Source: Desulfosoma sp. (GTDB taxonomy: Bacteria; Desulfobacterota; Syntrophobacteria; Syntrophobacterales; DSM-9756). From it: a stretch of DNA of 64,000 bases. Every line of letters starts with the position of its first letter. Positions within the stretch are counted from its first letter, which is position 1. The stretch covers positions 1-64,000 of the forward strand of contig JBBFKW010000011.1 of NCBI GenBank assembly GCA_037481835.1, given 5' to 3'. Positions 28,880 through 39,758 of the stretch are shown piece by piece. The position numbers were made by a program, and so were the translations under genes. The notes beneath the pieces are model-generated. The model worked only from the letters and a program-made list of their open reading frames with translations, ran no database searches and was not told the DNA's origin.

Positions 28880-30145
28880 TCAAAAGAGACGATTAAAACG
28901 ATTGGGATCCACAGCACGCTGCAGGGATTGTGCGGGATTCCCGCCGTCCAGCAAGTCGGCGAGGAGTTCTCCCGTCACAGGGCCGAGGAACATGCCTTTG
29001 GTGGCATGTCCCGAACCGACGAGGAGGTTCTTGGGGGAACGCAGCCGTCCGATGACGGGAAGGCCGTCGGGAGTGCACGGTCGGAAGCCGCGCCAAATCT
29101 CCCTCACGGAAAGCCGCCCCAGGCTCGGGAGGAAGGTGGTGAAGTCCCGTTCCATGGCGTCGAGTCGTCGAAGCGGGACGGCATCGTCGAAGCCGCAAAG
29201 TTCCAAGACGCCGGCGAGCCGAAGCGCCCCTCCCATGGGTGTGACGGCCACTCGGGCCTCTTCCAGCAGTATGGGATGGCGCACGGCATCCTGCGGCGCC
29301 TCATAGGTGATGCTGAAACCCTTGGCGGGTTCCACGGGAAGGCGGTATCCCATGCGCCCGGTCAGAGTGCCGGTCCACGCGCCGGCGGCCACGACGAATT
29401 GGTCGCCTGGAACCGGGCCTCGATTGGTTCGAAGCCCAAGAACTTTCCTTTGGGACACTTCGGCCCCGAAAACTTCCGTTTCTTCGACGATGCTTCCCCC
29501 CTGGTCCCGGACCTTTTGAGCCAACCAGGCCATGAAAGCCGAAGGGTTAAGACAGCCGTCGGGTTCCTGGAGGATGCCGCCGACGACGGAATCGGCCAAA
29601 GAAGGTTCCAGACGGCGCAGGGCATCGGCCTCAAGAACTCGAGCGGGTCTTCCGGCCCGGCACAGTTCCTCGGCTTCTTCACAGGCCCCATGAAAGCCTT
29701 TTTTTGAGGCGTACACGCACAAGAGCCCGTGTCTCGCGTATTCGTAGTGGGATCCGCCGAGTTGGCCCAGGGCGTCGTGAAGAACAAGGCTCCGGTCGGC
29801 CAGTTCCCGATAGACGGAAACAGCATAAGCCACGTGGGCTTTCGTGCAGTGGGCGACGAATCGACCCAGCCACATGAGGCGTCGTGCGTCGCCTGTCAGA
29901 GAGACGGAAAAAGGGCCGACGGGGTTGAAAAGGTGGCGGGAACCTTCCTTGAGATTTGCCGGGGAACACAGCGGCTGCAGGTGGGATGGGACGATAAGGC
30001 CCGCGTTGCCGTACGAGCTGCCGCAGGGAATGCGTCCTTTTTCCAAAACGGTGACGGAGGCTCCCTTTTGGGTCACAAAATAGGCTGTCATCAATCCCAT
30101 AATACCGCCGCCCACGATCACCACATCCTTCTTTCCCGAACCCAT
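28880..30145 (-). CDS. dadA: FAD-dependent D-amino acid dehydrogenase (DadA-like)
   Basis: IVGGGIMG, SSYGNAGLI, GFRPCTPDGLPVIG and GHATKGM. Confidence 0.88.
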   Translation of the reverse strand: MGSGKKDVVIVGGGIMGLMTAYFVTQKGASVTVLEKGRIPCGSSYGNAGLIVPSHLQPLCSPANLKEGSRHLFNPVGPFSVSLTGDARRLMWLGRFVAHCTKAHVAYAVSVYRELADRSLVLHDALGQLGGSHYEYARHGLLCVYASKKGFHGACEEAEELCRAGRPARVLEADALRRLEPSLADSVVGGILQEPDGCLNPSAFMAWLAQKVRDQGGSIVEETEVFGAEVSQRKVLGLRTNRGPVPGDQFVVAAGAWTGTLTGRMGYRLPVEPAKGFSITYEAPQDAVRHPILLEEARVAVTPMGGALRLAGVLELCGFDDAVPLRRLDAMERDFTTFLPSLGRLSVREIWRGFRPCTPDGLPVIGRLRSPKNLLVGSGHATKGMFLGPVTGELLADLLDGGNPAQSLQRAVDPNRFNRLF

Positions 30146-30402
30146 AGAATCGTCCCCCTTTTTGTTTTGGACCGTGATGTGTCCTCCACATCCATATTGG
30201 CAGTTTGATGCGGCCTTGTCGAGTTTTCAAGATCTGAAAGTCATTGGGACGATGCCGAAGCGACGTCCTTTCCCATATGGAACGGGCTTGGTATAGAGGG
30301 GAGCAGTGGCCTCGTTTGTCTTCGGCGCGAAAGGCGATGAAGACGAAAGGCGCCGGGATGCGTCAAGCCCATGTGAGGAAACCGAAAGAGAGGGGTTTCG
30401 AG

Positions 30403-31548
30403 ATGCGCATTGGTGTTTTGAAAGAAGTCAAGCCCGAAGAGTTCAGAGTGGCACTTACCCCCGAAAACGTTCGCGATCTTACGGCCGCGGGCCATAAGGT
30501 GGTGATCCAGCAGGGTGCCGGAGTCGGGGCGGGGTTTACCGACGAGGATTATCGCGCCTCAGGAGGGGACCTTGCCGTTTCGGCCCATGAGGTGACCCAA
30601 GCGGCGGAGCTCATCCTCAAAGTCAAAGAACCCATTGAAGAGGAGTTTCCCCTCTTTCGTCGGGAACAGGTTCTCTTTTCGTACCTCCACAGTGAGACGC
30701 GCCCGAAGCTCGTGGACATGCTCCTCGAAAAGCGCCTCACGGCCATCGCCTTTGAAAACGTGAGGGAATCGGACGGATCCTTGCCTCTGCTTCGCCCCAT
30801 GAGCATCATCGCGGGGCAGCAGGCCGTGCTCCAGGGCATGCAATTCTTGTGGAACCATAAAGGGGGCGTGGGGACAAGCCTTGTGGCCTATCCCGGTTTG
30901 GATCGACCGCGGATCGTCGTTTTGGGAGCGGGTGAAGCGGGCTGGCATGCGACCCGGGTGGCCGCCGCCTTGGGTGCTTTGGTCCACGTGTTTGAAATTC
31001 AGGGCAAACGCATTCTGTTTCTGTGGGACACCGCCCCGGCCAATGTCATCTTTCATCGGCTTTGCGGCGATGGTCCTGACAGGGCCTTGGAAGAGGCCGT
31101 CATCTGCGCGGACATGGTCGTCAATACGGCGACCGTGCCGCCGCGGAGCCGGCGCCACCTCATCGATCGTTCCTTGGTGCGCCGGATGAAAAAGGGGAGC
31201 GTCATCGTGGATGTGACGGCCAATTTGGAAGGGGCGGTGGAAACCATCGATCGGTACACGACGCACAAGGACCCGGTCTGGGAGGTGGACGGGGTTCTTC
31301 ATTATGCGGTCACCAACATCCCCGGCACAGTGGCCCGCACAGCATCACAGGCCCTGGCTCTGGACGTGTTTCCCTACTTGAGGGTTCTGGCCGAGCATGG
31401 TATCCCTGAAGCGTTTCGCATCGAACCCGCCTTGCTGGAAGGCCTTACGACCGTGAACGGGATACTCACATGGCCCGAAGCCGGCCGATTCCAAGAAAGG
31501 CCCTGGGTTTCTCCTCGAGAGGCTGCGTCCCGGCTCTGGGGGTTCTAA
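30403..31548 (+). CDS. ald: Alanine dehydrogenase-family NAD(H) enzyme (divergent)
   Basis: MRIGVLKEVKPEEFRVALTP, LKVKEP, FSYLH, LGAGEAG and HYAVTNIPG. Confidence 0.8.
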   Translation: MRIGVLKEVKPEEFRVALTPENVRDLTAAGHKVVIQQGAGVGAGFTDEDYRASGGDLAVSAHEVTQAAELILKVKEPIEEEFPLFRREQVLFSYLHSETRPKLVDMLLEKRLTAIAFENVRESDGSLPLLRPMSIIAGQQAVLQGMQFLWNHKGGVGTSLVAYPGLDRPRIVVLGAGEAGWHATRVAAALGALVHVFEIQGKRILFLWDTAPANVIFHRLCGDGPDRALEEAVICADMVVNTATVPPRSRRHLIDRSLVRRMKKGSVIVDVTANLEGAVETIDRYTTHKDPVWEVDGVLHYAVTNIPGTVARTASQALALDVFPYLRVLAEHGIPEAFRIEPALLEGLTTVNGILTWPEAGRFQERPWVSPREAASRLWGF

Positions 31549-31643
31549 GCCCCGGAGGATTCAATCTTTATCTGCCGCGCTCAGGGTCCCGGCATGAGAG
31601 GCGCCGGGAATGATGTCCCACATCTCAACCTTAGGAGGAGACA

Positions 31644-32453
31644 ATGGCACGAGGGTTCAAGAATGTGGTGGCAGTGGCGGCCGTAGCGGCCCTGCTGGCG
31701 GGTTTTGCCCTGCCCGCGGCGGCGGATACCTTGGAGGAGATTGTCCAACGGGGAGAACTGCGCGTCGCAGTCCAAACCCAAGGCCCCCCCTTCAGCTTCG
31801 TGGACAAGAACGGGGTGCGCACGGGGAGTTCCGTGGAATTTTGTAAACTCATGGCGGAAGAGATGGGCGTCAAGGTGACCTTTTTGGACTACGATTGGGA
31901 CGGCTTGATTCCCGCCCTTCTTTCCAAGAAAGCCGACTTATTGGCCGCCGACATGACGGCGACCCTCAAGCGGGCCCTGAAGGTTTCCTTTACCGATCCT
32001 TTCTACTACACCGGCGCTGTGGCCTTTACCAAGAAGGGCAAAGGCGCCGCCTTCAAGAGTATCGAGGACTGCAACAAGGAAAACGTGACCATCGCCGTGC
32101 TCTTGGGCAGTACCGGGGAAGCCGAAGCCAAGCGGTTTTTCCCCAAAGCCACCATCAAGTCCTATAAGGGCGGCGGCCCTCTGGTGATTAACGCCGTCCT
32201 TTCCGGACATGCCGACATCGGCGTCAATGACGAAACGGCGGTGATCGGCCAGATGCAGGAATTTCCGCCGGACAGCATTGAAATTCTTCCCATTCGCCTG
32301 ACCAAGCAGCCTCTGGCTTTCGCCGTGCGTCCCGAGGACACCCATTTGCTGCAATGGATCAACTTGTTCTTTCAGTGGATCAAAGAAGACGGCCGTTACG
32401 ACGCCAACATCAACTATTGGGTGAAAACTTTGGATTGGAAAAAGGATCACTGA
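31644..32453 (+). CDS. Polar amino acid ABC transporter substrate-binding protein
   Basis: Signal peptide, RGELRVAV..PPFSF and DWDGLIPALLSKKADL. Confidence 0.93.
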   Translation: MARGFKNVVAVAAVAALLAGFALPAAADTLEEIVQRGELRVAVQTQGPPFSFVDKNGVRTGSSVEFCKLMAEEMGVKVTFLDYDWDGLIPALLSKKADLLAADMTATLKRALKVSFTDPFYYTGAVAFTKKGKGAAFKSIEDCNKENVTIAVLLGSTGEAEAKRFFPKATIKSYKGGGPLVINAVLSGHADIGVNDETAVIGQMQEFPPDSIEILPIRLTKQPLAFAVRPEDTHLLQWINLFFQWIKEDGRYDANINYWVKTLDWKKDH

Positions 32454-32527
32454 CGGCGGAACAGGCCTTGCCGGAATCCTTTGCTCGAGAGGGCCTGTTC
32501 TCGCGCCTGCCCTAAAGACGGTGGGTC

Positions 32528-33196
32528 ATGCTGGAAGCCTTTAATTTTCGTGTCCTTGTGGACTATCTGCCGCTTTTCTTCAAGGGCTTGTGGGCCACCG
32601 TGTGGATTTCCGCCGTCTCGCTTGTTGGGGCGCTCGCCGCGGGCGTTGTGGCCTGCGGCGGGCGCATTTCCCGCTTTCCCTTTCTTTCCCGGTGCGCCGG
32701 CGCCTATATTGAGGCCATTCGCTCCACACCTCTTCTGGCGCAAATTTATTTCCTTTACTTCGGCCTGCCCACCTTGGGGTTTCGGCTCCCCGAATATCAG
32801 ACAGGCATCCTGGCTCTGTCACTGAACAGCGGCGCTTACATGGCGGAAATCATCCGTGCGGGGGTCTTGTCCGTTTCTCGAGGACAAATCGAAGCCGGCA
32901 TGGCTTTCGGCCTGAGCTATCTGCAGCGCATGCGCTACATTGTGCTGCCGCAGGCATTGGGGATCACCATCCCCCCTCTTTTGGGCCAGGCCATCGTGCT
33001 TGTCAAGGACAGCGCGCTCCTTTCTCTGATTTCCGTTTTCGAGCTGACTCGGGCGGGGCAGATCATCACCTCCGAGCGGTTCATGCCCGCGGAAGGGTTT
33101 TTCACCACGGCGGTTTTGTACTTGGCCGTCTATTACGCCCTCAAAACCTTCAGCACGTGGTGGCAGAAGCGGCTCATCTACATCCAGCCGGCGTAA
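32528..33196 (+). CDS. Amino acid ABC transporter permease
   Basis: IRSTPLL, AYMAEIIRAG and GQIEAG. Confidence 0.93.
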   Translation: MLEAFNFRVLVDYLPLFFKGLWATVWISAVSLVGALAAGVVACGGRISRFPFLSRCAGAYIEAIRSTPLLAQIYFLYFGLPTLGFRLPEYQTGILALSLNSGAYMAEIIRAGVLSVSRGQIEAGMAFGLSYLQRMRYIVLPQALGITIPPLLGQAIVLVKDSALLSLISVFELTRAGQIITSERFMPAEGFFTTAVLYLAVYYALKTFSTWWQKRLIYIQPA

Positions 33197-33206
33197 AAAC
33201 GGAACA

Positions 33207-33878
33207 ATGTGGCTTTCCTATCTTGAAAAACTGCTGCAGGCGTTTCCCTTCTTTCTCAAGGGCCTGTGGATGACCGTGGCCGTCTCGGGCCTCAGCCTCA
33301 TGGGAGGGACCTTGTTGGGGTTTGCGGCCGGGATCCTTCGAGCATCCCGGGTGCCAATCCTCTGGTCCGTCCTTTTCGCCTATGTGGATTTCATGCGGGG
33401 CACTCCGTTCTTGGTACAGGTTTTCATTGTTTTTTTCATCTTGCCGGAGTGGGGCCTGCATCTCAGTGCCTTCAAGGCCGCAGTGGTCAGCCTCACCCTC
33501 TATGCCGGGGCCTACATCTGCGAGATCGTCTATGGGGGCATCGTCGCCGTGCCTTCGGGGCAAATGGAAGCGGCCAAGGCCTCCGGGTTGACGTGGGTCC
33601 AACGCATGCGCTACGTCATCCTGCCTCAAGCCATGAAAACGATCCTCCCGCCCCTTGTGGGCCAGTATGTGCTCCTCATCAAGGATTCTTCCGTGGTGTC
33701 CGTCATCGGGGTGACGGACGTCACGCGCGTGGGCTGGTTTACGGTCCAGCGCATTCCCGAGGGGCTTATGGTCTTCGGTCTGGTGGGGCTTTTGTATTTT
33801 GCAGTCTGCTACCCCCTCATTCGCCTTTCCAACGCCCTGGAAAAGAAGATGCGTGCCGAGGGGCCCGGCGGCGTATGA
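33207..33878 (+). CDS. Amino acid ABC transporter permease
   Basis: MRGTPFLVQ, GQMEAAKASG and IKDSS. Confidence 0.93.
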   Translation: MWLSYLEKLLQAFPFFLKGLWMTVAVSGLSLMGGTLLGFAAGILRASRVPILWSVLFAYVDFMRGTPFLVQVFIVFFILPEWGLHLSAFKAAVVSLTLYAGAYICEIVYGGIVAVPSGQMEAAKASGLTWVQRMRYVILPQAMKTILPPLVGQYVLLIKDSSVVSVIGVTDVTRVGWFTVQRIPEGLMVFGLVGLLYFAVCYPLIRLSNALEKKMRAEGPGGV

Positions 33879-33969
33879 CGCGGCGGGAATCCCCGCGCCG
33901 CGTCACTCCTCGCATTTAAGGAGAGGCCGTCCTGGGGGCGCCGCGTTTTCGCCTCACCGACGACAAGGT

Positions 33970-35958
33970 CTATTCCTTGGGGGTGAAAGCCTTGAATTCT
34001 CCAAGCTGGATATAAGACCCCCCGTGATTCTTATGAAGGATGAGTTTAATAAAGCGGGCTTGCACGGGATTGATGGCGAAGAGTTGGTCCGGGAGCGGCT
34101 TATCGGGATCGATATGGGTGCGGTTATGCAGAGTGAATTGCCCCACCGTCTGAAATCCCTGCTTCGGCCCCTCGGTGGAAACCTGGACTTCCACTTCTTT
34201 GGCCCAGCGGTTAGGATCTTCCACGGTGAAAGGATTGAAAGCCACGTGGGTGAGCGTCACCGCCTTGGGGAGGGCGAACAGGATTTCGACCGGGGTATTG
34301 TCCTTGGAACAATAGCCGTGACCTTTTCCGACCTGGCCGTCAATGAGGTTTTTGGCCGCCCAGTCGGAATCGTTGTATTGATTTGAAAAATAGAGGATTT
34401 TGCCGCCGATTTGTTCCGAAAAGACGTTCTGCAACTGAGCCAGGGGATCGGCTTCTTGTTGCTCCGAGAAGAATCCCAAGAGTTTGATTTCGCCCAGTTG
34501 GATGTAGGAACCACCGTAGTTGTTCTTAAGGACCACTTTGACCCACCGGGCCTTCGTTTCCGGAATGGGGAAGGTCTGCTCCGTCAAAGAGATGGAAGGA
34601 TCCTGGCTCTCCATCCTCTTGTTGTCCACGGCGACCGCCGCTGCCTTTGTGAATCCTTCGTATGGGCTTGTGGTGGAAACCCAAATTTCCACGTCTTTCG
34701 CCCAGCGGTCTTCGTTTTCCGTGGTGTAAGGATCGATGATCATGGAAGAGAGGACCGCCGTCTTCGGCAGTTCGAAAAGGATTTCCTGGGGCCCGCTGCT
34801 ACTGGTTGAGGAGTATCCGTGCTTGTCCCCGATGGCTTCGTCGATGAGATTTGCCGCAGCCCAATCGGAGTTATCGTACTGACTGGTGGCCGAAAGAAGC
34901 AGGGTGCCCTGAGAGGCCGCGAGGACGTTGATGGCAGGTTTTTTCCCCATATCGCTCGCCGGTGGGGGCGCGGCCTGCGTTGTCGGTGCGGAAGCGGGGG
35001 GCGGGGCAGCGGCTTTTTCCAAGGGCGCCATGTACTGTTTTTGTCCCAAGCCCCCGGCTGCTTTGACGACGACTCGATGCCAGGATCCGTCCCGTTCGGA
35101 CAAGTCCGTGGTGTAACTGATGAGGTATTGACCCATCAGTTGGGCGCTGATTTCTTGATACAATGAAACCAAATCGGCGGATGAGGGGGAGGCGAAATAG
35201 CGCCCGCCGGATTCGGAGGCAATCTTTTTCAAAACCGCCTCGTCAATGTCGGATCCCAACCCGATGGCGAAAATGGGCACGTTGCTGTCCTTGGCCGCGG
35301 CGACGACGTCGTCGGCGGTCTTTTTGCTCAGGGGCTTGTTGGTGCCGTCGTCATCTTTTCCGTCGGTAAGGAGGATAATGACTTTCCGGCCCTTTTTTTA
35401 CGCGGAACTCTTGACGGCTTGGTAAACCGCATCATAAAGGGCCGTGTTGCCCCTGGCTTTGATGTCTTCCAGGGCTTTCTTTATGGCGCTCTTATCGCTG
35501 GAAAAACCTTGAGCCGTGATGACGCGATCACTGAAGGTGATCAGCAGCATTTCGTCTCCCGCCTTGGCCAAATCCACGTAAGAAGACGCCGCCCGCTTCG
35601 TGTCGGCAATGGCCGGCTTCATGCTTCCGCTGGTGTCGACGACCAAAACCGTGGAAATGGGGGGAAGTTGGGTTTCCACCGCAATCGGGGACTGTTCCAC
35701 CTCGTCTTCCGTGACGACGAAGTCTTTACTTTCAAGGTTTCGGATCATTATGCCGGAGGAATCCTGGACGGAAACAAAAAGCTTGATTTGGGGAAAACTC
35801 GACGAGTCGATTTGATTGATCGCCACTTGGGCCTGGGATGAGGGTTTTTCCTGAGCCCACGCGGATCTGATCAAGAGGCTCCCGACTATGGAAAGGGCAA
35901 AGAGACACAACACGGCGAGGCGCCTTTTTTCGTGCCGAAAATGCTCTTTTTGTCCCAT
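33970..35958 (-). pseudogene. Secreted VWA + two discoidin/F5-8-like domain protein, interrupted by an in-frame TAA at 35398-35400
   Basis: Signal peptide, DTSGSM MIDAS, TALYDAV..SSA*KKGRKVIILLTDGKDD in one frame; two repeated SQY..SDWAA.NLID domains. Confidence 0.85.
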
Positions 35959-36270
35959 GGTGGAGCCTCCTTTCATGGGGAATGGGTTTCCTCAAAATGA
36001 CGGCTGTTTCGACGGACGGCGAGCCCACAGGCAACTTACTGGAAATATGATCCAGGCGCTGTCCTTCCGCAAGACTTTTTGCCCCCCCTCGGCGGCCTCC
36101 GCCCCGCAAACGCGGTCGGCTTAGACATGCCCCCGCAAAAGTCCGCGCCCCGGTCGGATGTCCCGGCTCTTTGGCGGATTGATGTTGCCTCTTTCGCTGC
36201 TGGGGGTTCTGTGAAACACTGCAAGAGAAAATCCGCGCCGAAGTTTTGACTTGTCGATAAGGAGGGGGGA

Positions 36271-37263
36271 ATGAAGGTTCTTGTCACGGCGAATCTTTCC
36301 GGTGCCGCTCTCGAGAGGCTCCGTGCCCTCTGCGAAGAGGTGGACGTCCACGACCGTTTTGAACCCATGGAGCGCGAGGACCTCTTAGACCGTGTACATG
36401 GGGTGGACGGGATCTTGTGCAGCATCGCCGATCGAATCGACCGGGAGGTATTTGATCAAGCCCCGAAGCTTCGAGTCGTGGCCAACTACGGCGTGGGGTA
36501 TGATCACATCGACATTGGGGAAGCGAGCGCCCGAGGCATTGTGGTCACCAACACTCCCGGCGTGTTGACGGACGCCACGGCCGACCTGGCGTTTGCCCTC
36601 ATCCTTGCTGTGGCGCGCCGGGTCGTGGAGGGGGACCGGATGACGCGCGAAGGCCGCTTTCGGTTTTGGTCCCCGATGCACTTTCTTGGAACCCAAGTGA
36701 GTGGAAAAGTTCTGGGTATTGTGGGGTTGGGACGTATCGGGCAGGCCGTGGCCAAACGCGCCCGGGGTTTCGATATGAAGGTGCTTTATTATTCGAGAAG
36801 CCGTCCGGGCCCGGAAACCGAAGCGGCCTTGGGGGTCACCTTCGCCCCGCTGGATGAGCTTTTGAAACACTCGGACTTCGTCTCACTCCATGTGCCGCTC
36901 ACCGCCGACACGCGCCACCTCATCGGGGCCCGGGAACTCTCCCTCATGAAGCCTTCTTCGTTCCTGATCAATACGGCACGCGGCCCCGTCGTGGACGAAC
37001 GCGCCTTGGTTGCGGCGCTTCATTCAGGGCGTCTGCGCGGCGCAGGATTGGACGTGTACGAAAACGAGCCGCACCTGTCGCCCGGTTTGGCGGACCTGGA
37101 CAATGTCGTGCTCCTGCCGCACGTGGGCAGCGCCACCATAGAGACCCGGACGCGTATGGCGGATATGGCCGTGGACAACCTCCTGGCTGGACTCCAAGGG
37201 CAAAGACCTCCCCACGCCCTCAACTGGGACGCAGTTCAGGCAAAGAGGGGGAGTGGGCCTTAG
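36271..37263 (+). CDS. D-2-hydroxyacid dehydrogenase (glyoxylate/hydroxypyruvate reductase-like)
   Basis: NTPGVLTDATAD, GLGRIG, INTARG, LDVYENEP and LPHVGSAT. Confidence 0.93.
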   Translation: MKVLVTANLSGAALERLRALCEEVDVHDRFEPMEREDLLDRVHGVDGILCSIADRIDREVFDQAPKLRVVANYGVGYDHIDIGEASARGIVVTNTPGVLTDATADLAFALILAVARRVVEGDRMTREGRFRFWSPMHFLGTQVSGKVLGIVGLGRIGQAVAKRARGFDMKVLYYSRSRPGPETEAALGVTFAPLDELLKHSDFVSLHVPLTADTRHLIGARELSLMKPSSFLINTARGPVVDERALVAALHSGRLRGAGLDVYENEPHLSPGLADLDNVVLLPHVGSATIETRTRMADMAVDNLLAGLQGQRPPHALNWDAVQAKRGSGP

Positions 37264-39743
37264 CTCTGCAAGGAAAGAGCCTCCGCATCTTGGCCCGGGG
37301 GTGCGGCTTCGTTGGGGGGCGTCCCCGATTTCTTGTCTTTCTCCAAGAGGTGCACCGTTTGGGCGATTTCTTCCGGGGAGACACTCTGCCGGAGCTCTTC
37401 CATGCGGGCCATGATCTTGGAAAACCGCACCCCCTCGGCGGCGCTCACCCATGCCAGCTGGAGTCGTTCCGGGCGGATGCCTAGCTTTTCCATTTTCTTG
37501 CGAACCTTGGCGATGCGCTTTTCCGTCCAGTGATTGGCGTTGATGTAATGGCAGTCCCCGATATGGCAGCCGCTCACCAGAACCACCGGCGCTCCTTTTT
37601 TGAAGGCGTGCCAGATGAAGGATTCGGCCACACGCCCCGAGCACATGGTGCGAATGAGGCGGGCGTTGGGCGGGTACTGGAGCCGGGACACCCCGGCGGA
37701 GTCGGCTCCGGCGTAGGAACACCAGTTGCAAGCGAAGGTGAGGACTTTTTCCTCAGGTTTTTCGGCGAGCAGGGTGTCGATCTGGTCAAGGATTTGGGCG
37801 TCGGTAAAGTGGTTCATGATGATGGCGCCCGTCGGGCATTCGGCGGCGCATGTGCCGCATCCTGCGCAGGCTGCCGCCGTAACGATGGCGGCCGTTTTGC
37901 GTTTTGTATCCACCGTAATGGCGTTGTAGGGGCACACTTGAGCGCAACGGCCGCAGGAGACGCAGTGTTCGGCCAGGACTTCCGAGGTGATGGGTTCGGT
38001 GAGGATTTCCCCCCACTGCATGAGCCGCATGGCACGAGCCGCCGCAGCTGAGGCTTGCGTCACGCTGTCCTTGATGTCTTTGGGCCCTTCGGCGCATCCG
38101 GCGAAGAAGATGCCGCGCGTCGCCGCATCCACCGGCTGCAGTTTGGGGTGGGCCTCCAGGAAAAAGCCGTCCGAGGTGAGCTGCAGGCCGAGCATTTCCT
38201 GGAGCTTTCGAGTGCTTTCGGCGGGTTGGATGCCCACGGCCAAAACGAGCATATCCAGGTCGTGAAACTCAAGGCGCCCCGTCGCGGCGTTTTCCACCGC
38301 CACGCGCAGACTTCCGTCGGGAAGCTCTTCCACCGTGCCCGGAAGACCCCGGATGTAGCGCACCCCCAATCGGCGGCTTCGCGTGTAAAGATCTTCGAAG
38401 CCTTTTCCGAAGGCGCGGATGTCGATGTAGAAAACCTTGATGTCCAAATCGGGGGCGTGCTCCTTGAGCACCAGGGTGCTCTTAATGGTGTTCATGCAGC
38501 ACACGTTGGAACAGTAGCTGCGGCCTTTTCGAGCGGACCGGGAGCCGACGCACTGGATGAAACCCACCGATCGAGGCGGCCGGCGGTCCGAGAGGCGCAC
38601 GACTTCCCCCTTGGTGGGGCCCCCGGCGTTGATGAGCCTTTCGAATTCCAAGCTGGTGAGCACATTTTGGAAGCGGGTATACCCGTATTCGTCCAGTTCC
38701 GTGGGATCGTAACTTTCCATCCCCACGGCGACGATGATTGTCCCGACGGTGACTTCGATTTCTTCGTCGGACATGTGGAAGTTGATGCACCCTTTTTCGC
38801 AAACGGCGACGCACTTGGCGCACACCGCCGGGTTGTGGCCCAAACATTCGTTGCCGTTGAGCACATAGGCCGATGGGACCGCTTGCGGAAAGGGTGAGTA
38901 TATGGCTTTTCGCGACGACAATCCCTGGTTGAATTCGTCGGGGCGCACCACGGGGCATACCCGGGCGCACTCGCCGCAGGCCGTGCAGGCCTTTTCGTCC
39001 ACGTACCGGGCTTTTTTCAAGATCTTGACGCGGAAACTGCCCACATAGCCCTTAATGTCCGTCACTTCGCTGAGGGTCAAAAGCGTGATTCGAGGATGCC
39101 GACCGGCATCAGCCATTTTCGGCCCGAGAATTCAGATGGAACAGTCCATGGTGGGAAAGGTCTTGTCCAGCTGGGCCATCATGCCCCCTATGGAGGGCTT
39201 CTTTTCCACCAAAATGACGTCGTAGCCGCTGTCGGCCAAGTCCAAGGCCGCTTGAATTCCGGCCACCCCACCGCCGATGACCAGACTCTTTTTGGTCAGG
39301 GGGACCCTTTGGGGATGCAAAGGATAAAGGCGGCGCGCACGGGACACGGCCATGCGAGCCAAGTCGGTGGCTTTCCTGGTGGCGGCTTCCGGATCGTGCA
39401 TGTGCACCCAGCTGCACTGTTCTCGCAGGTTGGCCATTTCCAGAAGGAAGGGATTGAGGCCCGCATCCCGCATCATCTGGCGGAAGGTGGTTTCATGGAG
39501 CCGAGGGGAACAGGACGCGACGACGATCCGGTTCAGCCCCAGCTCCTCGATGTCCTGTTTCATGACCTGTTGTCCCGGTTCCGAACACGCATACGGGACT
39601 TCTTTGGCCACGACCACATCGTCCATATCCCGCACACCGCGAACCACGGCGCCGCAGTCCACGACTCTGGCGATGTTCAACCCGCAATGGCACACATAGA
39701 CGCCGACACGCGGCGGGGCGGAAAGAAAGCCGGAGGCATCCAT
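37260..39743 (-). CDS. hdrA: Selenocysteine-containing HdrA fused to a C-terminal MvhD domain
   Basis: Two track ORFs join in frame through TGA 39132-34 at [10 protein letters not shown](U)ILGPK, a Cys position in HdrA; also [20 protein letters not shown] and the MvhD motif [12 protein letters not shown]. Confidence 0.93.
39095..39110 (-). promoter_or_regulatory. SECIS-like hairpin
   Basis: GATGCC-GGTC-GGCATC: perfect 6-bp stem with a G-first loop, starting 21 nt 3' of the UGA. Confidence 0.75.
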
Positions 39744-39758
39744 GAATTTTTCTCCTTG

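Noticed and set aside
30278..30293. Sigma-54 promoter upstream of the ald-like gene (TGGAACGGGCTTGGT)
   Set aside because: The -12 element does not match TTGC at the required spacing.
35398..35400. Possible recoding of the VWA internal stop
   Set aside because: The codon is TAA, not TGA or TAG, so neither Sec nor Pyl applies.
39132..39134. hdrA as a split pseudogene
   Set aside because: The TGA is in frame at a conserved Cys with a SECIS-like hairpin, so selenocysteine is the better explanation.
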